Positions 1-8,966 of a stretch of 64,000 bases of DNA are shown piece by piece. Location of the stretch: the NCBI GenBank assembly GCA_963668175.1, contig OY764159.1, positions 832,001 to 896,000 of the forward strand, given 5' to 3'. The notes beneath the pieces are model-generated. The model searched no databases, was not told the origin of the DNA, and saw only the letters and a program-made list of their open reading frames with translations. The stretch's first letter is position 1. Every line of letters begins with the position of its first letter. Source of the stretch: Syntrophales bacterium (GTDB lineage Bacteria; Desulfobacterota; Syntrophia; Syntrophales; PHBD01). The translations under genes were made by a program, and so were the position numbers.

Positions 1-1279
1 GAGTCCAGGACCTCCAGATAGTTGCTGTAACCGTTCTCATAGCGCATAACGGCCAGGTTCTTATAGGTGAGGAGCGCCTCAACCTGTTTGGCCTGGGCCG
101 ATTGTATCTCCCGCGTTTTGTTTTGCTCGGCCAGGGCGTCTTCAACCTCCCGGAAGGCCGTCTGGATCGTTTGCCGATATTGGAGGAGGGCCTGCTTTTC
201 CATGGCCTCGGCGGCCGCGACTTGCCCGGCGATCCGTCCTGCGGTGAAGATCGGGGCCGTTACCGATCCCCCGAAATTCCATGTCCGGGACGGGGTGGCG
301 AAAAGACCGGATAAGTCGGTGCTTGACGTTCCCAGCATGCCGGTGAGAGATATTGATGGGAAGTAGGCTGCCTTGGCTACGCTGATTCGGGCGTTGGCTG
401 CGATAAGATCCTGTTCCGCCTGGCGGATATCGGGGCGCCGCGCAAGCAGTTCGGACGGCAGCCCCGCTGGTACGGCCGGCGGTACGAGCTCTTCCATGTT
501 CTTTCCCCGCGCGACAGGTCCGGGATTACGCCCCAGCAAGAAGTTAATGGCGTTCTCATCCTGGGCAATGCTCTTCTCGATTTGGGGAATGGCGGCCCGC
601 GCGGCCTCATATTCGGATTTGATCTGGCTGACTTCCAATTCGGAGACGACCCCCGCGGTGAAACGCAGACGGAACAACTCCAGGGACGCTTCCCTGGTCT
701 TAAGGGTGTCTTTGGCTATTTCTAGCTGCCGGTCAAGGCTGCGCAGGTCGATATACGTATTGGCGACGGCTGCCATCAGCGAGAGCAGGACCGCGTTGCG
801 GTTCTCCTCTTTGCTCATGAGATCGGCCCTCGCCGCTTCCGTGGCGCGCCGATACTTGCCCCACAAGTCGATTTCCCAGTTGGCGCTGAGCGATGCCTGA
901 TACGTGCTGAATGTCGGCGAAATGCCTTCCGGCCACGGGGCATAATTGTCCTGCGTGATGCGCTGGCGGGCGGCTCCGGCCTCCCCCGAGGCCCTGGGGA
1001 AGAGATCGCCCCGGGTCGTGCGGTAGCGGCCGAGATATTCCTCGATCCTGGCCGCGGCAATGAGAATGTCCTTGTTTTCCTTGAGGGCGGTCTGGATCAG
1101 GCTGTTCAGGACGGGGTCCTGAAATTGTTCCACCATTTGACATTGAGGGCGGCTTTGGCTTCTTTTTCCTCGAAATGCCAGGATTTCGGGGTGTCCACAT
1201 CAGGACGCCGGTAATCCTTACCGATGGAACAGCCGCACAGGACGGCAACAGCGATCACAACGACCAGAAATCGGTCCAT
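1..1279 (-). pseudogene. OprM/NodT-family efflux outer membrane lipoprotein, frameshifted near 1130 (pseudogene or sequencing error); 3' end runs off the window
   Basis: ATG at 1279 gives the lipoprotein signal MDRFLVVVIAVAVLCGC, then KWW and an early stop at 1106. The shifted frame continues EQFQDPVLNSLIQTALKENKDILIAAARIEE...WEIDLWGK...GLPSELLARRPDIRQAEQDL...YLEVLD, which are typical OMF motifs. Lies directly downstream of the RND gene. Confidence 0.8.
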
Positions 1280-1280
1280 A

Positions 1281-4200
1281 CTATTCGGGCTCCTTTTCTC
1301 TGCCGACGGAAACGGCCCCGCCCGATCCATCTCCTGCCGCCTCCGTCCGCCGGTCCTTCTTGCCTTTGAAGCGGTCCGTCAGTCTTTCCAGGATCAGGTA
1401 GAAGAGGGGGATAAAGAAAATGGCGATCATGGTCGCTCCCAGCATGCCGCCGATAACGCCCGTACCGATGGAATGTCGGCTGTTCGCGGAGGCCCCTGTG
1501 GCGACGGCGAGGGGAACGCATCCCAGGATGAAGGCGAGGGACGTCATGACAATGGGACGGAGACGCATGCGTGCGCTTTCGACTGCGGCATTGTAGACCG
1601 AAAGCCCTTCGGACCGTTTCATGACGGCGAATTCAACGATGAGAATCGCGTTTTTAGACGCCAACGCGATGAGGGTAATCAGACCGATCTGGAAGTAGAC
1701 GTCGTTTTCGATGCCGCGGAGCCATATGGACAGGAGAGCACCGAACAAGGCGAAAGGGACGGCCATGATAATGCCGAAGGGAAGCGTCCATTTTTCGTAC
1801 TGGGCGGCAAGAATCAGAAAGACCATGACCAGCCCGAAGCCGAAAACCACCGACGACATGCTGCCGGATTTCTTCTCTTCGTACGATTCTCCGCTCCATT
1901 CAAAGGAAAAATCGGACGGAAGGACCTCGCGGGCCACCCTCTCCATAGCGGCGATGGCCTGCCCGGAACTGTAACCGGGCGCGGCGCTGCCGACGATCTT
2001 GGCGGCGGGGAAGTTGTTGAAACGGGTGACGAGGTCGGGTCCCGTCACATACTGCTTCGTCACCACGGCCTTCAACGGAATCATATTGCCGTCTTTGGAG
2101 CGGACATAGATCTGGTCGATATCGTCGGGGCGGGACCGGTACTTGGGCTCCGCTTGGAGGATGACCTGCCAGAGCCGGCTGAATTTGTTGAACTGGCTCA
2201 CATACATGGAGCCGAAAAGGATCTGGAGCGTGTTGTACACATCGTCCACGGGCACCCCCAGGGTTTCGGCCTTGTCCGGATCGACGTCGACGCGGAGCTG
2301 CTGGGAGGAGGCATTCAGGAGCGTTGTTACGCCGTGAAGCTCCGGCTGCTTCTGGGCCTTGGCGATGAAGTCGTGCGTGACGGCGGCCAGCTTGTTCATG
2401 TCTCCGGAGCCGCGGTTCTGGATCCAGAATTCGAAACCGGCCGTTGCTCCCAGACCGGGTATCGAGGGGGGATTGACGGGAAGGACGAAGCCCTCCTTGA
2501 TGCCCATCAGTTCGTGTGTCGTTTGGTCGATGACGGCCGGGGCCTGAAGCGATTTGTCCTTCCGCTCCTCGTAATCCTTGAATGAAATGAACAGAGTGCC
2601 GGCATTGGTCTTGAGCTGGGAATCCATCAGGCTGTAGCCGTCCACTTCGGCGACATCCTGAATGGCCGGGTGTTTGGCGAAAACCTTGCCGGCGGCGACA
2701 TTGACGTCCTGCGTGCGGTCGAGGCTGGCGGCGTCGGGAAGAAAGCTCACCCCGAGGAGATAGCCCTGGTCTTCCGAAGGCACGAAACTGGTCGGTATGC
2801 GATAGAAAAGCCCCGATACGGCCAGAAGCATGACAACAAAGATGGCGACGGCCACGGTGGCGCGCTTGATCGCCAGTTGCACGCCCCGGCCGTAGCCTTC
2901 CGTCAGCCGGCTGAAGCTCCGGTCGAACCAGAGGAAGAATTTATGCTTCTCGCCCTGGTGGGGCTTGAGAAAGATGGCGGCCAGGGCGGGAGAGAGCGTC
3001 AACGCAACCATACCGGACAGAACGACGGAGATGGCGATGGTGATGGCAAACTGTTTGTAGAGCTGGCCCGTGATTCCTCCCAGGAAAGCGACAGGGATGA
3101 AAACGGCGCAAAGGACGAGGACGATGGCGACGACCGGCCCCGTCACTTCCTCCATAGCCTTCTTGGCCGCTTCCCGGGGCGGCAGATGGTGTTCGACCAT
3201 GTTCCTCTCCACGTTTTCGATGACGACGATCGCATCGTCGACAACGATGCCGATGGCGAGCACCATGCCGAAAAGCGTCAGCATGTTGATCGAGAAGCCG
3301 AAGAGGGTCATGCCGATAAAGGTGCCGATAATGGAGACGGGGACGGCCATGATGGGGATGATCGTGGCCCGGATATTCTGCAGAAAGAGAAAGACCACGA
3401 GGATCACGAGTAAACAGGCTTCGAAGAAGGTGACGACCACTTCCTTGATCGAGGCGCGGACGAACTTGGTCGTATCCATGGCGATCCGGTAGTCGATACC
3501 GTCGGGAAAGCCCTTCTTCATTTCCTTGAGCGTTTTTTCGATCTGCTTGGAGACATTGAGGGCGTTGGCCCCCGGCTGCTGATAGACGGCTATGAGCGTC
3601 GCCGGCTTTCCGTTCAGGCGCGTCCGGATGGAATAGTCGCGGGCGGCCAGTTCCGCTCTCCCGACATCCTTAAGGCGAACAATGGCCATACCGTCCCTGC
3701 TGGTCCGGAGGATGATATTTTCGAACTCTTTGGGCTCCAGCAGGCGGCCCTTGGTCGTTACCGAAAACGTCTGCTCCACCCGCCCTTCCGTCGGGGCCTG
3801 TCCTATTTTTCCCACGGCGAACTGCTGGTTCTGCCTTTTAATGGCATTGGCGACATCGGCCGCGTTGATGCCGAGCTGCGCCATCCGATCCGGTTTCAGC
3901 CATATCCGCATGGCGTAGTCCGGCATGCTCAGGATGGATGCCTGGCTGGAGCCGGGGAGACGCTTAATCGCGTCCAGGATGTACAGGCTGGTGTAATTGG
4001 CCACGTAGGTATCGTCGTAGCGGTCGTTTGGCGAAAATACGCCGATGATCATCAGGAAGGACGACGATTTTTTGCTCACCTGCACGCCCTGCTCGGTGAC
4101 CGATTGGGGCAGCTGCGGCAGCGCCTGGTTGACGCGGTTCTGGACGTCGACCTGGGCAAGGTCGGGGTTCGTTCCGATGTTAAAGTAGACGCTCAGGCTC

Positions 4201-4466
4201 ATATTGCCGGTGCTGGCGCTCGTCGACGACATGTAAATCATATTGTCGGCCCCGTTCACCTGCAATTCGATAGGCGCGGCAATGTTCTGGGACACGACGT
4301 CGGCGCTGGCTCCCGGATAGTTTGTTGAGACAATGACCTCCGGGGGGGTAATGTCGGGATATTGGGCAATCGGAAGGTTCAGCATGGCCACGATTCCCCC
4401 GATGACGATAACGATGGAGATCACCGAAGCGAATATGGGGCGGTCGATGAAGAAATGGGATATCAT
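1281..4466 (-). CDS. RND efflux transporter permease subunit (HAE1, AcrB/MexB-like)
   Basis: 1061 aa. MISHFFIDRPIFASVI start, GIVVDDAIVVIENVER, KNAILIVEFA and RLRPIVMTSLAF motifs. Confidence 0.97.
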   Translation of the reverse strand: MISHFFIDRPIFASVISIVIVIGGIVAMLNLPIAQYPDITPPEVIVSTNYPGASADVVSQNIAAPIELQVNGADNMIYMSSTSASTGNMSLSVYFNIGTNPDLAQVDVQNRVNQALPQLPQSVTEQGVQVSKKSSSFLMIIGVFSPNDRYDDTYVANYTSLYILDAIKRLPGSSQASILSMPDYAMRIWLKPDRMAQLGINAADVANAIKRQNQQFAVGKIGQAPTEGRVEQTFSVTTKGRLLEPKEFENIILRTSRDGMAIVRLKDVGRAELAARDYSIRTRLNGKPATLIAVYQQPGANALNVSKQIEKTLKEMKKGFPDGIDYRIAMDTTKFVRASIKEVVVTFFEACLLVILVVFLFLQNIRATIIPIMAVPVSIIGTFIGMTLFGFSINMLTLFGMVLAIGIVVDDAIVVIENVERNMVEHHLPPREAAKKAMEEVTGPVVAIVLVLCAVFIPVAFLGGITGQLYKQFAITIAISVVLSGMVALTLSPALAAIFLKPHQGEKHKFFLWFDRSFSRLTEGYGRGVQLAIKRATVAVAIFVVMLLAVSGLFYRIPTSFVPSEDQGYLLGVSFLPDAASLDRTQDVNVAAGKVFAKHPAIQDVAEVDGYSLMDSQLKTNAGTLFISFKDYEERKDKSLQAPAVIDQTTHELMGIKEGFVLPVNPPSIPGLGATAGFEFWIQNRGSGDMNKLAAVTHDFIAKAQKQPELHGVTTLLNASSQQLRVDVDPDKAETLGVPVDDVYNTLQILFGSMYVSQFNKFSRLWQVILQAEPKYRSRPDDIDQIYVRSKDGNMIPLKAVVTKQYVTGPDLVTRFNNFPAAKIVGSAAPGYSSGQAIAAMERVAREVLPSDFSFEWSGESYEEKKSGSMSSVVFGFGLVMVFLILAAQYEKWTLPFGIIMAVPFALFGALLSIWLRGIENDVYFQIGLITLIALASKNAILIVEFAVMKRSEGLSVYNAAVESARMRLRPIVMTSLAFILGCVPLAVATGASANSRHSIGTGVIGGMLGATMIAIFFIPLFYLILERLTDRFKGKKDRRTEAAGDGSGGAVSVGREKEPE

Positions 4467-4479
4467 CTGCGGGCTCCGG

Positions 4480-5736
4480 TCAGTTCTTCGGGGCTGTCGT
4501 TGCGGCTGCCTTGGCAGGTGAAGGCGGACTCGTCCCCGCCGCTTTGGCGGCCGGAGTCCGTTCGACGGCCTTGACGGGCAAACCGGGGGAGAGTTTGATC
4601 AGGTTGTCAAGGATCACGCGGTCGCCGGAAGCCAAGCCCTTGGCAATGAAGATATCTTCTCCGCGCCAGTCGCTGACCGAGACGTCGCGAAGTTCGACCA
4701 GGTTTTCCTTGCTGGCTATCCAGACAAAATGCCCTTTGGCCCCCTGCATGACGGCGCTTCTGGGAACGAGGATCGCATTGGGGCGGACGGCGCCCAGGAG
4801 GTTGACCTTCAGAAACTGGCCGGGCCGCAGGACGTCTGTGGACTTCGTCGGATTGGCGATTTCGGCCCGTACCTGGTAGGTGCCTGTTTCGGAGCTGAAT
4901 GACGGGTCGGCGAAATTAAGCTTCCCTTTGTTGGGGAAGACGGTGCCGTCGGCGAGGATCACTTCCACGGCGAATTCCTTATAAGGGGGCCATTTGACGG
5001 TGCCCTTGAGAATTTCGTCCCGGAGTTTCAGGTTCTCGTTTTCGGACACGCTGAAAGTGACCCAGATCGGATCGAGTTTGGCGACATAAGTCAAAAGGCT
5101 GTCGGTGCCCGCCGAAATGTAGCTGCCCTCCTGCTTCTTGGCTCGTCCGGCGAAACCGTTGATGGGCGACTTGATCGTCGTATAACCGAGCTTGAGTTCG
5201 GCATCGCGAATCTTTCCCTGGGCCGACAAAACGGCCGCCCGGCTCGCCTGTTCCTGACCCACGGCGTCATCGAGGTCTTTCTTGCTCACGGCATTCTTTT
5301 CCGCGAGAGGGCGTATTCTGTTTAGATTGGCCGCGGCCGTCGACAGTCTTGCCTCCTGTTCGGCCAATTCGCCGCGGGCCTGTTGAAGAGCGGCCTCGAA
5401 AGGCCGCCGGTCGATCTGGAACATGACCTGCCCGGCTTTGACGTAGCCGCCTTCTTCATAGGATTTCTTTTCCAGGAAACCTTCGACCCGTGACCTTATT
5501 TCTACCTGGTGTGAACTTTCCGTTGTGCCGATGAAAGGGATGGTGATGGGAACGTCTTGCGGATGGACGGTGATGACCGTGACGTCGACTGGGCCACGGG
5601 GTTGTACGGCGGCTGTTTTGTCCGATCCGCAGCCCGCAGCCGTTAAGAGAAGCAAGGCGGCAGACATGAGCTTGATCAAAACCCGCCAAGTTAACGTTTT
5701 ATTGGATGACGAAAGATAAAGCCCTGATCCCTCCAT
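4480..5736 (-). CDS. RND efflux periplasmic adaptor (membrane fusion protein), lipoprotein
   Basis: Lipobox-like TAAGC, EIRSRVEG, IKSPING and LRPGQF motifs. SD AAAGGAG upstream. Confidence 0.95.
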   Translation of the reverse strand: MEGSGLYLSSSNKTLTWRVLIKLMSAALLLLTAAGCGSDKTAAVQPRGPVDVTVITVHPQDVPITIPFIGTTESSHQVEIRSRVEGFLEKKSYEEGGYVKAGQVMFQIDRRPFEAALQQARGELAEQEARLSTAAANLNRIRPLAEKNAVSKKDLDDAVGQEQASRAAVLSAQGKIRDAELKLGYTTIKSPINGFAGRAKKQEGSYISAGTDSLLTYVAKLDPIWVTFSVSENENLKLRDEILKGTVKWPPYKEFAVEVILADGTVFPNKGKLNFADPSFSSETGTYQVRAEIANPTKSTDVLRPGQFLKVNLLGAVRPNAILVPRSAVMQGAKGHFVWIASKENLVELRDVSVSDWRGEDIFIAKGLASGDRVILDNLIKLSPGLPVKAVERTPAAKAAGTSPPSPAKAAATTAPKN

Positions 5737-5819
5737 ACGCTCCTTTCGAGGTGACCGGCAAACGTTATAAGATCGTAGTCTCTCCGGTCACAGAAATTCA
5801 CAAATTTTCATATAGTTAT

Positions 5820-5838
5820 ATTTATGATTATCATTTTG
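5820..5838 (-). promoter_or_regulatory. Fur-box-like operator next to the -35 (TTGACA 5845-5840) of the RND operon promoter
   Basis: Minus strand CAAAATGATAATCATAAAT matches GATAATGATAATCATTATC at 14/19, with an exact AATGATAATCAT core. Confidence 0.55.
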
Positions 5839-6045
5839 CTGTCAAGCGATAAGTTGGCAGTCTCAATTTTGCGTTAATTATTCGGTGGTTGTGTTCACAA
5901 GTGGTTTCCTGCGGAGGGCAGTGGGCCGGGCTGTCCGTCGCAGGCGGAGGTGCTTCAGGATGATGCGCCTCAAGAAATATCCAATCTTGAAGTCGCATCA
6001 ATACGAGCTTTCCTGAAATCTATACATCAATAATTTAAAAATTCC

Positions 6046-6075
6046 TTGACAATCGCATTCCATACCGTTAATAGT
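6046..6075 (+). promoter_or_regulatory. sigma70-type promoter of atpE
   Basis: TTGACA followed 17-18 nt later by TAATAG/AATAGT. Confidence 0.5.
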
Positions 6076-6238
6076 GCGGCATACTTGGGGGTAGTTCTCT
6101 TTTTCAATGGTTCGGGTTCCGCGGAATCGAGGCCTGCCGCTGAGTATTAAACCATGGCGGGAAAGGAGGTGAAACAGGAGCAGTAAGCGGATAGGTTGTT
6201 TCAGCGTCAATCAACTCATTAATCCTAAGGAGGGAAAA

Positions 6239-6628
6239 ATGAAAAAATCGTTCGTAAGCGGCCTTCTGACTTTCGTTCTGGTTCTGGTTCTGGCTCCTCT
6301 GGCTTTTGCGGCGAAAGAAGCGGCTCCGGCAGCGGCAGCAGCGGCAGCGGGTGCAACAATCGATTATACGAAGGCTATAGTCGTAGGGCTCGCCATTCTG
6401 GCCGCCGGTTTTTCGATGGGTTTCGGAGCGATCGGTGCCGGGTTGGGTCTTGGTCAGGCGACCAGCGGTGCGAGTAATGCCGTCGGCAGGAATCCCGATG
6501 CGCAGGGTAAAATCATGATGACCATGATGGTCGGTATGGCAATGACGGAATCCGTCGCGATTTATGCCTTGGTCATCGCGCTGGTCATTCTCTATGCAAA
6601 TCCGCTTTTGAAGGTGGTTGGTCTGTAA
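6239..6628 (+). CDS. atpE: F0 ATP synthase subunit c, stand-alone copy with N-terminal signal-like extension
   Basis: GAIGAGLGLG glycine motif, GRNPDA loop, MAMTESVAIYAL with the ion-binding Glu. SD AAGGAGGG. Confidence 0.93.
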   Translation: MKKSFVSGLLTFVLVLVLAPLAFAAKEAAPAAAAAAAGATIDYTKAIVVGLAILAAGFSMGFGAIGAGLGLGQATSGASNAVGRNPDAQGKIMMTMMVGMAMTESVAIYALVIALVILYANPLLKVVGL

Positions 6629-6651
6629 GAAGCATTTCAGGCATTTTGTTC

Positions 6652-6698
6652 AAGGGAGGGAAGGCAAATAAAATGGACTTTCCCTCCCTTACTTTTTT
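6652..6698 (+). terminator. Rho-independent terminator after atpE
   Basis: Stem AAGGGAGGGAAG / CTTTCCCTCCCTT followed by a T-tract. Confidence 0.8.
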
Positions 6699-7108
6699 TA
6701 ATCGTCGGCAGCCACAACCTTCGACCTCTGCAGTTTCTTCTCCGTCTGGGCATGCTTGTCCGCAAGGATCTTCTCTTTGGCCCGCCTTGAACGCCGCCGT
6801 TTTTGCCTCCTGATTTTCTCGATGCGCATCTCCTCCGCTGCGATCAAACCGGTCCGCAGCTTCTCGATTCTGTCGAGCAGGATACGCCGTGCGAGAAATC
6901 TGTTCATGGCCTGGGAACGTTCCTGCTGACATTTGACGGTGAGCCCCGTGGGGATATGCAATAAAAATACGCAGGAAGAGGTCTTGTTGACTTTCTGGCC
7001 GCCGGGGCCCGAGGACCGGACAAAAGACTCCCTGAGATCGCTTTCCCTGATCCCAAGCTTCTCCATCCTGTCTTTCAGAGCCTTTTCTTTTTCGGGTGAG
7101 ATGCTCAT
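6698..7108 (-). CDS. Small GGQ peptidyl-tRNA hydrolase, RF-1 family (ArfB/C12orf65-like ribosome rescue factor)
   Basis: FVRSSGPGGQKVNKTSS, HIPTG and RSQAMNR motifs. Very basic C-terminal tail; no codon-recognition domains. Confidence 0.9.
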   Translation of the reverse strand: MSISPEKEKALKDRMEKLGIRESDLRESFVRSSGPGGQKVNKTSSCVFLLHIPTGLTVKCQQERSQAMNRFLARRILLDRIEKLRTGLIAAEEMRIEKIRRQKRRRSRRAKEKILADKHAQTEKKLQRSKVVAADD

Positions 7109-7177
7109 GAGAGAGGCCCGGGTGAAAATACGGATACGGTGGTATCCGGCCGGAAAAGCTTCTCCGGAAAGAAATGC

Positions 7178-7606
7178 CTAAAGGGAGTAAATTTCGTCGC
7201 CGATGAGATTGATCCAGTTTCTCTGGAGAATCTCCCCCGCCTCCTCGATTTTATCGACACCGAGGATGACGATGGTCTCTTTTCCCAGGCGGTTGATCGT
7301 GGTGTACAGATAGTGGATATTGATCTCGGCAGCCGCCAGGGGTTTCAGAATGGCGTTCATTCCGCCCGGATGCAGGGGCACTTCGGCAGCCAGGACGGGT
7401 GTCACTTCAAGATTGAAATTGAAACTCTGCAGAGTGGCGGCCGCACGTTCCGGATCGTTGACGACAAGGCGAACCATGCTGTCTTCCGCTGTACTTGCCG
7501 TAAGCAGGGCCTTGGCGGTAATGTCCTCCTTGTCCAGGATGTCGGTAAGTCTTGATAAGGTTCCGGGAACGTTGCCCAGGAGCACGGATAATTGTTTTAC
7601 GGCCAT
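7178..7606 (-). CDS. ACT domain-containing (amino acid-binding) protein
   Basis: KQLSVLLGNVPGTL...HPGGMNAILKPLAAAEINIHYLY, a double-ACT pattern. Confidence 0.8.
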   Translation of the reverse strand: MAVKQLSVLLGNVPGTLSRLTDILDKEDITAKALLTASTAEDSMVRLVVNDPERAAATLQSFNFNLEVTPVLAAEVPLHPGGMNAILKPLAAAEINIHYLYTTINRLGKETIVILGVDKIEEAGEILQRNWINLIGDEIYSL

Positions 7607-8164
7607 CTATTTGGGTTCCTCCGCGGATTCATTGAAGTATTCGTAACCGGCGGTAAACGCTTTCCGGTTGATCTCGGCAAGGCTCTTCTTTTTGCCGCCC
7701 ATGGAGACTTCAAGACTTTTTAAAAAGCCTTCCGCCGTGAGCAGGCCGGTCTTTTTCAGGAAGGCCCCCATCATGACGATGTTGGCCGCCCGCGAATTGC
7801 CCTGGGCTTCGGCAATTTCGCCGCAGGGAATGGCATAGACTTCGATGTCGTCCCGGCTGGGGCGGGCGTCGATAATGGATGCATTGAGGAAAAGCTTTCC
7901 CCCGCGGGCCACTCTGTTCTGGAACGTATAAAGCGAAGGCGTATTCATTACAATGATGTTGTCGGGTTCCGAAGAGATGGGCGAGGCGATCTCCTCGTCG
8001 GCTATGGCGACCGTGCAGTTGGCCGTCCCCCCCCTCATTTCGGCACCGTAAGCAGGCAGATACGTGACTTGAAGTCCGGCGTTCATGGCGCCGCGGGCGA
8101 GGCTGTATCCCATCATCAATACGCCCTGGCCGCCGAACCCGGAGAAAATGCTCTTCACCATCAT
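7607..8164 (-). CDS. 2-oxoacid:ferredoxin oxidoreductase gamma subunit
   Basis: SGFGGQG, YGAEMRGGTANC and ANIVMMGA motifs. Confidence 0.93.
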   Translation of the reverse strand: MMVKSIFSGFGGQGVLMMGYSLARGAMNAGLQVTYLPAYGAEMRGGTANCTVAIADEEIASPISSEPDNIIVMNTPSLYTFQNRVARGGKLFLNASIIDARPSRDDIEVYAIPCGEIAEAQGNSRAANIVMMGAFLKKTGLLTAEGFLKSLEVSMGGKKKSLAEINRKAFTAGYEYFNESAEEPK

Positions 8165-8169
8165 GATCG

Positions 8170-8943
8170 TTATTTCGCCTCCTTTCGCTCAGAGGTCTCC
8201 ACGTCTTTGATAACGCCGGGCGGAAATGTCAGCGACATCGTCTCCTCGATCCATTTGCAGGAATCGATCGGCGTCATCTTCCAGTTCGTCGGGCAGGGGG
8301 ACAGGAGTTCCACCATGGTAAACCCCCGGCCTTCAAGTTGATACTGGAAAGCCTTCCGAATGGCCCTTTTGGATTTGGCGACGCTTGCCGGGGAGGTGAT
8401 CGTACAGCGCTCAATATACGCCGCTCCCGGCAAATAGGCCAAGATCTCGCTGATCCTGATCGGATAACCGTCGAGGTTGTTGACCCTGCCGACCGGAGAC
8501 GTGGTCGTCTTCTGGCCGAGGATTGTCGTCGGCGCCATCTGTCCGCCCGTCATGCCGTAAACGGCGTTGTTGATGAAGATGATCGTGATGTTCTCTCCGC
8601 GGTTGGCCGCATGGAAGCTTTCGGAGGTGCCGATGGCCGCGAGGTCGCCGTCGCCCTGGTAGGAGAAGACGACGCGATCGGGCAGCATTCGCTTGATTCC
8701 CGTGGCCAGGGCCGGTCCCCGGCCGTGAGGGGCTTCAATCATGTCCACGTCGAAATAGTTGTATGCAAGAACGGCGCATCCTGCCGGGGGCACGCCGATG
8801 GTCGTACCCCGGATCTTCATTTCGTCGATCACTTCCGCGACCAGGCGATGAATGATGCTGTGTCCGCAACCGGGACAATAATGAAAAGGCGTGCTTTTCA
8901 GACTATCGGGTTTTTGGAAGATTTTTTTCATGCGTAAAAGCAA
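8170..8943 (-). CDS. 2-oxoacid:ferredoxin oxidoreductase beta (TPP-binding) subunit, VOR-like
   Basis: YCPGCGH, QGDGDL...NNAVYGMTGGQ and SPCPTNW motifs. Confidence 0.95.
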   Translation of the reverse strand: MLLRMKKIFQKPDSLKSTPFHYCPGCGHSIIHRLVAEVIDEMKIRGTTIGVPPAGCAVLAYNYFDVDMIEAPHGRGPALATGIKRMLPDRVVFSYQGDGDLAAIGTSESFHAANRGENITIIFINNAVYGMTGGQMAPTTILGQKTTTSPVGRVNNLDGYPIRISEILAYLPGAAYIERCTITSPASVAKSKRAIRKAFQYQLEGRGFTMVELLSPCPTNWKMTPIDSCKWIEETMSLTFPPGVIKDVETSERKEAK

Positions 8944-8966
8944 TCCTCGTTTCTTGTCATGGGATA

